Shown here: positions 28,708 to 39,399 of the stretch, piece by piece | How the letters are laid out: each line of letters starts with the position of its first letter | Numbering within the stretch: the first letter of the stretch is position 1 | Translations under genes and position numbers: made by a program | Source: Eledone cirrhosa | Taxonomy: Eukaryota | Assembly (NCBI GenBank): GCA_964016885.1 | Contig: OZ024744.1 | Span: 49,538,001-49,602,000, forward strand | Direction: 5' to 3' | Length of the DNA stretch: 64,000 bases | The notes under the pieces: generated by a model | Told to the model about the DNA's origin: nothing | Databases searched by the model: none | The model's input: the letters and a program-made list of their open reading frames with translations, nothing else

Positions 28708-29043
28708 GGAGGCACATGGCTTAGTGGTTAGAGCATTGGCCTTGCAATCAAAAGGTTGTGAGTTCAATTCTCAGACTGGGTGATGTGTTGTTTCCTTGAG
28801 CAAGACACTTTATTTCACATTGCTCCAGTTTACTCAGCTGTAGAAATGAGATGATAGGGACTGGGATCCCTATCATTCCACTGCAAAGTGGTCGTGGAGG
28901 TGCCATGGCAAAAAAGCACCCAGCACTCACTGTAAATGAGGTTGGTGTTAGGAAGGGCATCCAGCTGTAGAAATCAAGCCAGAATCAGTTCCCGTCCCAC
29001 CCTTGCAAGCAGGGAAAAGTGGACGTAAAATGAAATGAAATGA

Positions 29044-29045
<2 letters not shown>
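28708..29045 (+). mobile_element. tRNA-derived SINE family A
   Basis: Same sequence as 5511-5846. Confidence 0.9.
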
Positions 29046-29083
<38 letters not shown>

Positions 29084-29129
29084 CATATATATATGTATAT
29101 AGATACACATATACACATACATATAAACA

Positions 29130-29167
<38 letters not shown>

Positions 29168-29369
29168 ATGTAGAAAAGTAACACACGAGTTGATATATAT
29201 AAAAACAAATAGTAGAAAGTAAAAAGATGCTTTCTGTAGAAAATGTTGAAGAGATTTTTTCAGTGAGATATCAAAACATTAATTTATTTACAATAATAAT
29301 ATGCATTGTCAATTGCGGATATGCAAAATATTGTTAAGTTGCATATTTGTACAAATAGTGATAATAATG

Positions 29370-29555
29370 ATTTCTACTATAGGCACAAGGCCAGCAATTA
29401 TCCCAGTGTATTACTGGTACTTTATTTTATTGACCCCGTAAGGATGAAAGGCAAAAATTTAACTTCGGCAGGATTTGAACCTAGACCATAAAGGGCCGTA
29501 ACTCTATGCTGCAAAGCATGGCGTCAGACCCTCTACCGATACTGCCAATCCACCA
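29370..29555 (-). mobile_element. SINE family B copy
   Basis: Homologous to 5170-5357. Confidence 0.8.
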
Positions 29556-29649
29556 CAAATAGTGATAATAATAATAATAAAAAGGAGAAGAAAAATTAAT
29601 TTTCACATACATGTTCATTCAGAGAAGAGAGTTCATTTCTTCCCTGTTC

Positions 29650-30873
29650 ATAAGCTTAGCAAGGGAAGAGAATACTCTGAGGCCATAGTATCTAGAATAA
29701 GGATAGGATGGAAGAAGTTTAGGGAGCTGCTTTCTCTGTTGACAATGAAGGGTTTCTCCCTGCAAACAAAAAGTCAGTTGTATGATGCCTGTGTGAGATG
29801 CACGATGCTGCATGGTAGTGAGACATGGGCAGCAACTGTGAAGGATATGCGAAGGCTGGAGAAAAATAAAGAAAAACATGCTCCGATGGATGTACAATGT
29901 CTATGTGTGTGAACAACCAAGCATGGACGTTGAGAGTTTAACTGTGTATAAGTGAGCAGGAGAGAAAACTGCGTTGGTATGGCTATGTGATGCGCATGGA
30001 AGATGACTGCTAGATGAAGAAGTGCGAAGTAATCCCTGTAGAAGGAAGACATAGAAGAGGAAAAATATGGGCGGAGGTAGTGAGAGCTGACCTCAGATTG
30101 CTGAAGGTCGGAGGACATGATGAAGGACCATGACAAATGGAGAGTTGCTGTGCTGAAGAGGATCTGTCCCACCCTTGCAAACAGGGTAAAGTGGGCATAA
30201 AATGATGATGATGAAGATGATATAAATATATATATATATATAGTAATGTGCGCGAATGGTGAAGCATAAATGAATTGAGAGAGTGACTATGCATAAGAAG
30301 TATCAAATGTTGAGTTCTGGAGAGGAGATTGCGTTGGTATGGACATGTGATGCACATGAGGACGACAGCTGTATAAAAAAGTACAGGGCAATGAAAATTG
30401 ATGGAAGCTACGGAGTGGGTAGACCAAGAAAAACCTGGGATGAGGTGATAAAAACTGACCTTGCTCACTTACACCTCTCCAAGACAATGACACTAGATCT
30501 TTGGCACCATGCAGTTGTACAGAAGACCCGATTGCCATTACATACAAACCTACAGTCAGTAGGCACCTCTTAACCCAATGTACACCCCACCCCACACATC
30601 CTACCCCATCCTTCCTTTCCCGTTCTGTCAACTGTGTCGATGACACAACAGTCCACACTGTAAGGTGATCATGTAGGAGACACAGTAAAAAGGCTCCCAG
30701 TCCACACTGTAAATGTGGTTGGTGTTAGGAAAGGCACCCAGCTGTAAAAAACCTGCCAGAGATACATCTGTGCGAACGAGACATGGTCTCCCGACCATTC
30801 CTGCATCAAATGGAACAAAACCGTCTAACCCATGCTAGCGTGGAAGATGGACGTTAAACGATGATGATGATGA
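29650..30873 (+). mobile_element. Two adjacent RTE 3' fragments (29650-30210 and 30240-30873)
   Basis: WKKFRELLSLL...LYDACVRCTMLHGSETW; GRPRKTWDEVIKTDL; each ends in (GAT)n. Confidence 0.85.
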
Positions 30874-31073
30874 TACATATATTTATGTATACATATATAT
30901 ATATATATATACATACACATTTATATATATACACACATATATATATATACACACATATATATATATATACACACATATATATATATATATCAACTAGAAA
31001 TTGATTGACATATATATATATACACACACACATATATAAATATATATATCAATTAGAAATTGATTGATATATA

Positions 31074-31514
31074 TCTATATTACTAAAACAGAGAATGTCT
31101 GTTTGTCTGTCCAATCACTAAAACTCGAGAATCACCCAACCGAGTTTTTTCAAACTTTACACATGTAATACTTATGGTCCTATCAGTGTTTTGAGCAAAA
31201 ACAAATTTCAAATTTTCAATGCCCTAGGGACCGCATTAGGCGATTTAGCCATCTATCTCTATAATTCTTAGTCTTTCTCTTTTTAGATAGATACATAGAT
31301 ATAATGTTGCGCCCTTATAATATCTGTCTGTATGCCTGGCTGTCTGCATTACGTCATTATGACGCGGTATGTGTGTGTGTGTGTGTGTGTATATATATAG
31401 TGTGTAATGTTTTTCGAAATATTTACTTCTGCGTTCACAGATTTATTATTTTAGTTTCAGAAGATCCCATTAAGGATGAAAGCAGTGATTCTTTGCTTAA
31501 ACTTTAATCTGTTA

Positions 31515-31554
<40 letters not shown>

Positions 31555-31868
31555 TATATTCGTGTACAGATATTTTTGCATACACATATAAACAAAAGTA
31601 TTTATTTCGTGATAAAGTATTGATTTTCTTCGAACGGAGAAAAACAAATTTTTCTTATAAGCACAAAATGTAGACACCAACCCGAGGCCGAGGCATTCCA
31701 TACTTCTCTGTACTGTTATTTATATATTTGTGTACAGATATTTTTGCATACACAATAACAAAATATAAACAAACGCATTTATTTCACGCGGCTCGATAAG
31801 GGTAAATATATAAGAAATATATAAGAACCCTAGGTCAAATCCCGAGCAACGCCGGGCCATTCTGCTAG
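31074..31868 (+). mobile_element. Non-autonomous Helitron
   Basis: 5' TCtatattactaaaacagag; 3' cccgagcaacgccggg...CTAG; A^T insertion site; homologous to 25767-26839. Confidence 0.88.
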
Positions 31869-32157
31869 TATATATCTAAAATAAACATATGAAACAATCA
31901 CAGGGAATAATTTGTAAAGTGTGTAAGCACACACATCTAGGTAGGTAACTAATTAAAGATTAACTAGAACTTTAAATATAGATACCTTTTAAAATGATTA
32001 AATGATTTAAAAGGTATCTATATTTAAAGTTCTAGTTAAACTTTAATTAGTTACCTACCTAGCTGTGTGTGCTTACACACTTTACAAATTATTCCCTGTG
32101 ATTGTTTCATATGTTTATTTTAGATATATATATATGTCAATCAATTTCTAGTTGATA
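31869..32157. repeat. Palindrome, about 124-bp arms, 12-nt loop, left arm split by the Helitron
   Basis: 31869-31993 vs 32006-32130, 2 mismatches; 32131-32157 pairs with 30988-31014 and 31048-31073. Confidence 0.93.
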
Positions 32158-32277
32158 TAAAATGCTCGGATCTATTCATTGGAATCTTTGATCATATTCT
32201 ACAGTGGATATGGTGCATGTCTCTCGGACATGACACCCTTAATTTAATTTTGGATATATATATATATATACACACAC

Positions 32278-33673
32278 ACTGGCTGCCCATGGGAACTCCT
32301 ATATGCAGATGATCTAACGCTCATAGCTGAATCAATGGCTGGACTAGAGAAGAAATTCGAAACATGGAAGCATGGCCTAGAATCAAAAGGCCTTAAAGAT
32401 AACTTGTCTAAGACTAAAGTTCTAGTTTGTAGAAAGGAAAATAGGGCACAGGTGCCCTCAGGGAAATGGCCATGCTCAGTGGGTAGGAAAGGAGTAGGCA
32501 GAAATTCCATTTTATGTCCCAAATGCAAAGTATGGGTACATAAAAGCTGTAGTGGGATCACAGGTAAACTATTTAAGAACGTAGACTTTATATGTGGCCA
32601 ATGCTCAGGTACAATAAGTAGCAAGTGTCCAAAGGATACTAGCTCCTTCTATTGCCCAGGTGGTTCAATAGAAATAGTAGACACTTTCCGTTACCTGGGT
32701 GACGAAATCAGCAGTGGTGGAGGGTGTTCTGAAAGTACAGTAGCCAGAGTCAGAACGGGATGGAAAAAGTTCAGAGAGCTTATACCGCTGTTGGAGACAA
32801 ATGGTTTCTCTCTAAAAATGAAAGGCAGATTGTATGATGCCTGTATACGACAGCAATGATACATGGCAGTGAGACATGGGCATTACGTGCAGAGGACCTG
32901 CGTAGACTGGAAAGGAATGAAGCATGCATGCTCTGTTGGATGTGTAATAGTAATATACGTGAACGGCAAAGCATAAATGAACTAAGTGAGAAATTAGGAA
33001 TAAGAGGGATCAGATGCTGTTTACTTGAAAGAAGACTATGTTGGTATGGTCACGTGATGTGCATGAAAGACGACAGCTGCATAAAAATGTGCAGGGCGAT
33101 CAAAATTCATGGTAGCTACAGATTAGGTAGACCCAGAAAAACCTGGGACGATCTGATAAACTCCGACCTCACACACTTACATCTCTCTAAGACAATGTCT
33201 CTGGACCGAGATCTTTGGCACTACGCAGTAATACAGAAGACCCACCTTACCTATGTACAAAGTGAAACCTACAGTCAGTAGGCACCTCTTAACCAAATAT
33301 ACACTCCAATCCACTACCCCGACCCTATCCTCCCACTCCCACCAACACCACCCTTTCTCTGTAAAGTTGGTACCACAACATCCAGTCCAAATAAATGAGA
33401 TAATGAGATTGAGATCGTGTAGGTGTCACAACAAAAAACACACACAGTCCACGCTGTAATGTGGCCGTGTAGGTAACACGGTAAAAAGTTCCCACTTCCA
33501 CACTGTAAATGTGGTTGGTGTTAGGAAGGGCATCCAGCCATAGAAAACCTGCCAGATAGTCCTATATGAGCGAGACAAGGTCACCTAACCAATCTTGCCT
33601 CAAGTGGGACAACTCCCGTCTAACCCATGCTAGCGTGGAAAATGGACGTTAAACGAAGATGATGGTGATGATG
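32278..33673 (+). mobile_element. RTE-clade LINE 3' half with 3' UTR
   Basis: GCPWELLYADDL, KWPCSVGRKGVGRNSILCPKCKVWVHKSC, HGSETW, GRPRKTWDDL. Confidence 0.93.
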
Positions 33674-33679
33674 ACACAA

Positions 33680-33715
<36 letters not shown>

Positions 33716-34014
33716 CCTGATCCTTTACAATTCGAACACATGTATGTTTATATTTGTGTTTATCTCTCTTGTATATTCAATTATATTACACGGCTCAGAA
33801 AAACTTCTTTCTTGGAGCTATTTAATTGTAAGAGACTATTTTGAGTTTCTAACTCAATATCTGATATATTTATATATAGATATATAAATAAATAAATATA
33901 TATATATCTATATACATATATAAATATATATATGTATATTAATATATACATATATAAATATATATATGTATATTAATATATACATATATAAATACTGAAA
34001 ATTTCAAACAAGAT

Positions 34015-35330
34015 CTGTAGTTGGAGCACGGCCCCAGGGAGGAGCAGTAGAACCACCTGGTGATGGAATAACAGGTGTACATGGTAATTTGAAGCCAGGT
34101 ATGGAAGAAATAGAAAAACGGAGGTAGCAAATACCTGGCAAGAAGTGAAGTATAACAGGAAAAATTTAAAAGTGTACTAGTACATGAGGACTAAAAGCAT
34201 GAAGTGTTAAGATCTCAAGGCAATGTGTCAAGGAAGGCAGAGATGTTCTTGGGGAGAAATACGTGCAAAACAACAATGGCTCACTTGTCCTCACCGACGC
34301 CAAAAAGAAAGCTGCTTGGAAATGGCACTAGATGAGGCTGCTGAATGAGTAAAACATTTGGGCAGTAAACAACCTTCCCAAAGTGTACCCTATAGAAGGC
34401 CCAGCCGTATGCATAAGTAACAAGCAGCTGGACCATTGGGAGTAGTTGCTGAGATGTTGAAAGCATCTGGGATAGCAGATCACATCACAACCACCCGCAT
34501 TGTAAACAAATATTACACAATGGTGTCATTCCTAGTGATTGGAATAACAACATCATCATCATCAACTGCTACAAGAGTAAAGGAGACGCCCTAGAGAGAA
34601 GTAACTACAGAGGCATAAAGCTGATTGACCAGGTCATGAAAGTTACAGAAAGAGTCATTGCACAACTGATAAGTGATTGAATACACCTAGATGAAATGCA
34701 GAAGTACTTGGCTAAAAGCAAGCCACTCTATCTAGTAGTCATGGATCTAGGAAAAGCTTTTGACAGGGTCCCTCGACGCATAATATGGTGGGCCCTCAGA
34801 AAACAAGATGGGGATGAGTAGCTCATGAGAGCAGTACAGGCCATGTACAAAAGGGCCACCAGGTTCACCAGTGTTCCATCTTTAGCCCCGTCCTCTTCAC
34901 TCAAGATAAAAGAGTGTGCACTCAGAAATGCTACATTGTAGGGAAACATGGGTTCTGTGTACTGAGGACCTATTGGGACTGGAAAGAAATGAAGCCTATA
35001 TGATCTGATGGATGTATAACAGAAGTGTACATGAACAGCAAAGTGTGAATGCATTAAGGGCTAAACTGGGTAAAAAGTGGGATCAAATGCTGTGTGCAGG
35101 AGAGAAGACTATGGTGGTATGGTCATATGATGCACATGAAGGGTGTCACTGCTTAAAAAGGTGCAGGACTTTAAAAGTTACAGGAGGCACCAAGAGAGGA
35201 AAGCTCAGGAAGACATCAGATGAAATGTTAAGGGCGGACCTGACTCAACTAAATCTCCCAATGGGGATGTCACAGGACTGAGCCCTCTGGTGCTAGAACA
35301 TTTGACAAAAGACCCATGCCAACAACTCAA
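34015..35330 (+). mobile_element. RTE-clade LINE, heavily deleted
   Basis: INCYKSKGDALERSNYRGIKLIDQVMKVTERVI, DLGKAFDRVP. Confidence 0.8.
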
Positions 35331-35409
35331 CACTGGACTCAACTCAAAACCGCACCATCCATCCCCACACCACAAACAAAGTTGATGGAAGGCCCATGAT
35401 GGATTAATC

Positions 35410-36935
35410 ATGGTCATCCGGTGCGAGGCTACAGAAGTAAAATGTGATTTCGTATTGAGATGGTTTGTGTGGAGAGTGGCTGGCTTCGAAACTGGGGAGG
35501 GGCGCTGTGAGAAGGAGAGCCATGTGGCATCCAACATTTGAACTTGGGTCAGCTGTGTATAGGGTTCAGCGCAGCCAACTGGTCTATCCCTCCTCATAGT
35601 GGTGATATCCAGTCCCAGGCTCCCAAAATGTGGTTTCGTATTGAGAAGGGTTCGTCGTGTGGAGAGTGCCCAACTCTGAAATTGGTGGGCTGCTGTGAGA
35701 AGGATTCAGTGCGGCCAGCTGGCCAGTCTCTCCTCATAATGAAGTCATCTAGTGCCTGGCTCCGAAACTGTAGTTCTGCTGTGAGATGGGTCCAGCACAG
35801 CCAACTGTCATGTCCCTCCTCATAGTGATGTCACATGGCATCCAATACCTGAACTGAAGGTCTGCTGTGTGAAGGGTTCAGTACAGCCAACTGGCCTACC
35901 CCTCTTCATAATGGTGCCATCTAGTCCCAGGCTTCCAAAATGTGATTTCATATTGAGAAGGGTTCTTCACATAGTGAGTTCCCAGCTCTAAAACTGGGGT
36001 GCTGCTGCGAGAAGGGTTTGGCTGGCCAACAGGCCTGTCCCTCATCATAATGGTCTCATCCAATGCTGGACTCTGAAACTGTGGTTCCGCAGAGAGATGG
36101 GTTCGGGATGGTCAACTGACTGTCCCACGACATAGTGGAGTCACTCAGCATCCAATACCTGAATTGAAGATCTGCTGTGTGAAGGGCTTGGCGCGGCCAA
36201 CTGGCCTGTCCCTCCTCATAGCGGTGCCATCCAGTCCCAGGCTCCCAAAATGTGGTTTCGCATTGAAAAGGGTTCATCACGTGGAGACTCTGAAATTGGG
36301 GTGCCACTGTGAGAAGGATTCAGCACGACCAAATTGTCCTGTCCCTTTTCATAGTGATGTCATCCTGTGTCAGGCTTTAAAAACTGTTTCTGCTGTGAGC
36401 CAGGCTCCCAAACTGTGGTTCTGCACCTGTCCTTCCTTATAACAGCATCATCCAGTACCAGGCCCCACAACTATGGTTACGCTGTGAGATGGGTTCTTCA
36501 AGGCCAACTGGGCTGTCTCTCCTCATAGCAGTGCCATCCAGTAGTGGACCACAAAACTATGGCTATACTGTGAGATGGATTAGGTTCCTCATATCAGTGC
36601 CATCCAGTACTGGCCCCTCCGCATAGTGGTGCCATCCAATGTAAGGCTCCCAAACTGTGGTTCCACCCCTGTTCCTCCTGATAGTGGTGTCATCCAGTGC
36701 CAGGCCACAAAACTGTGGTAACATTGTGAGATGGGTTTGGCACGGCCGACTGGCCTGCCCCTCTTCATAGCGGTGCCATCCAGTACCGGGCCCTAAAACT
36801 ATGGCTACGCTCTGAGATGGGTTAGTCTCCTTGTATTGGTGCAATCCAGTACCAAGCTCCAAAACTATTACTCCATTGTGAGATGGGTTTGGCGTGTCCG
36901 ACTGGCCTGTCCCTCCTCATAATGGAGCCATCCAT
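35410..36935. repeat. GC-rich minisatellite, about 85-bp monomer with about 310-bp higher-order repeat
   Basis: Monomer ctgtgagatgggttc...ggccaactggcctgtccctcctcatagtggtgccatccagt...ggctcccaaaactgtggtt; gcatccaa anchor at 35527, 35838, 36148. Confidence 0.85.
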
Positions 36936-37116
36936 TTCCACACTGTAAATGTGGTTGATGTTAGGAAAGGCATCCAACTGTAAAATACTTGGCCAAATTT
37001 ACAGTCCTCGCCGAAGCAAGGTGCGACATGGAAAACTCTAGCCAGACTTGCCTGTCGGCATGGATCAGCCCTCTAACCCATACAAGCATGGACAAATGGA
37101 CACTAAACAGTAATGA

Positions 37117-37183
<67 letters not shown>

Positions 37184-37808
37184 TAAATATATATACATAA
37201 TACACACACATAAATATATATACATAAATACATATATATATATATTTAAATGAAGGAAATGTGGTAAGGAACCAGGTGGACCATAACGCACCAAAGTACT
37301 CAATACTTAGGGTAGTAGAGTGAATAATAGGAACGAGTAGGACCCTGACGGCTGAGCTCAGCCGTCCGGGTCCTACTCGTTCCTATATATATTTAAATGT
37401 AGATTCCATATTGTAGAGGGCTTCTCAACAGATAGACCACAATATATATATATTTAAATAAAAATAGAAATGGAGTAAACATTACAATACAATGGGAGGA
37501 AATGTAATAGTACTTCTGATGATGTCACAGGTGTGTGATGAAAGAACTTTGATAGACTATATATATATTTATATCTATATTTTTAACTGTTGGTCAATCA
37601 ATGATAAACATTGATTGCCAGCTAAATTAACTATAGAGATATAAAATACACAGAAGTGAAAACCCAATCCAAACTAAACAGTGAGTCTGTTTTATTATTA
37701 TTTCTGGCAATATTATAACAATATGACTCTACCCAAATATAACAATATTTGTTTTAACACACGATTTCATATCAAAAACCTTGCAAAACAAATTCATATA
37801 TATACATA

Positions 37809-38144
37809 GGAGGCACACGGCTTAGTGGTTAGAGCATTGACCTTGCAATCGAAAGGTTGTGAGTTCAATTCTCAGACCGGGTGATGTGTTGTTTCCTTGA
37901 GCAAGACACTTTATTTCACATTACTCCAGTTTACTCAGCTGTAGAAATGAGATAATAGGGACTGGGGTCCATATCATTCCACTGCAAAGCGGTTGTGGAG
38001 GTACCACGGCAAAAAAGCACCCAGCACTCACTGTAAATGAGGTTGGTGTTAGGAAGGGCATCCAGCTGTAGAAATCAAGCCAGAATCAGTTCCCGTCCCA
38101 CCCTTGCAAGCAAGGAAAAGCGGGTGTAAAATGATGATGATGAT
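37809..38144 (+). mobile_element. tRNA-derived SINE family A
   Basis: Same sequence as 5511-5846. Confidence 0.9.
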
Positions 38145-38313
38145 GTTATATAATATATATCAAATTAAAAAACGGAGTTAAAGACTCACGTTAGTCTTCT
38201 ATAATTTAATGAGCTCAAGGAATAGATTCCAGGCTCTTTATAAAACAGTATATAGAGAGAAATACACAAAGAGATATGTGTTTAATTTTAGAAGTGTAGA
38301 CCATATTGTGGTC

Positions 38314-38393
38314 TACCTGTTGACAAGCCCTCTACACTAGGGAATCTTCATTTTTTGTGGCGAAACATGCTATAGTTAGTGCATGTCCAGGTG
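38314..38393 (+). ncRNA. Complete type I hammerhead ribozyme, U3-A8 core variant
   Basis: UACCUG-UUGACAA-GCC[..]GGC-GAAA-CAUGC[uauaguuagu]GCAUG-UC-CAGGUG; all three stems pair; GUC site, predicted cut after 38387. Confidence 0.85.
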
Positions 38394-38573
38394 TAATATT
38401 TATTATCGGATGGTTTGTACATTTTAAGTTATTATTTTAATTGATCTGTATTCTCCTTTCCTTTCGTGGACAATGTCCTTCACTCTAGTGGTTTTCTATC
38501 CCCTATAATTAAACATACCTCTTTGTGTATTTCTCTCTTTATACTGTTTTATATAAATATATATATATGTATA

Positions 38574-38636
<63 letters not shown>

Positions 38637-38679
38637 TTATATATACTCATATATACATTTTTTTTTCCTCGGTTTATAC

Positions 38680-39365
38680 GTTACTAGTTCTACTATGTTT
38701 TGGTCAAAAGAAAATCGTTGGTGTCACTTTCACATTGTGGATGAGCTCCGAGTTATTTGGGAAGCAGAGATCCAGGATATTCTAACCTCTTGTTAGATGA
38801 AGTACCATTTGTCCCACAAAGAAAAGTTTGTAAGATCCAACATGGATTCTGTCTGCCTTTGTTCAGGTGCCATCATCCCTGATAGGGACTGGCCCTCAGG
38901 CCAGTTCACCTTGGGGAGATTAAAATCTCCCAGTAGTAGGATGTTGAGACTCTGATCCTAATTTACCAGTATTTCTTCAATCTTTCTGAGTGTGTCTTCA
39001 AACTTGTCCTTGTGACTAGAGGTGTGTGTTGGTCGATATATGACATTTATTACCATTTTGAGTTGCTTCACATGTAATATTAACATGTCACAGAGTGAGT
39101 TGGAATGTGACAAGAGTACTAACGGTGTGACATCTTCATAGATGTGCAAAGCCACTCCACCATGGTTTCTTTCCATCCTGGTAGTGTGAAATACAATACA
39201 TTTTTGTACGTGTATTTCCACATCTGCTATGCTAACTTTCAGTTACGTTTCAGTTAGTGCCATGCATATTGCTTAATTGCTTGTAGTTAGGTCTCTCAGG
39301 CAGATGGTCTTATTCATGATGGTCTTATTCAGGCCTCTGACATTTAGTAGTAGCAATGACATTTG
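38680..39365 (-). mobile_element. CR1-clade LINE APE endonuclease fragment
   Basis: SLLLLNVRGL, RNHGGVALHI, IYRP, LLLGDFNLP on minus. Confidence 0.8.
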
Positions 39366-39399
39366 TAATAGTAGTAGCAATGATGTGACATGGTAAAGA

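Noticed and set aside
35410-36935. CRISPR-like periodicity
   Set aside because: No unique spacers, repeats are degenerate, eukaryotic context, no cas genes
37516-37543. CUGAUGA-stem-GAAA core; similar partial cores at about 260, 2425, 25065-25116(-) and 29241
   Set aside because: Stem I or III could not be formed, or several core changes; not counted as full ribozymes
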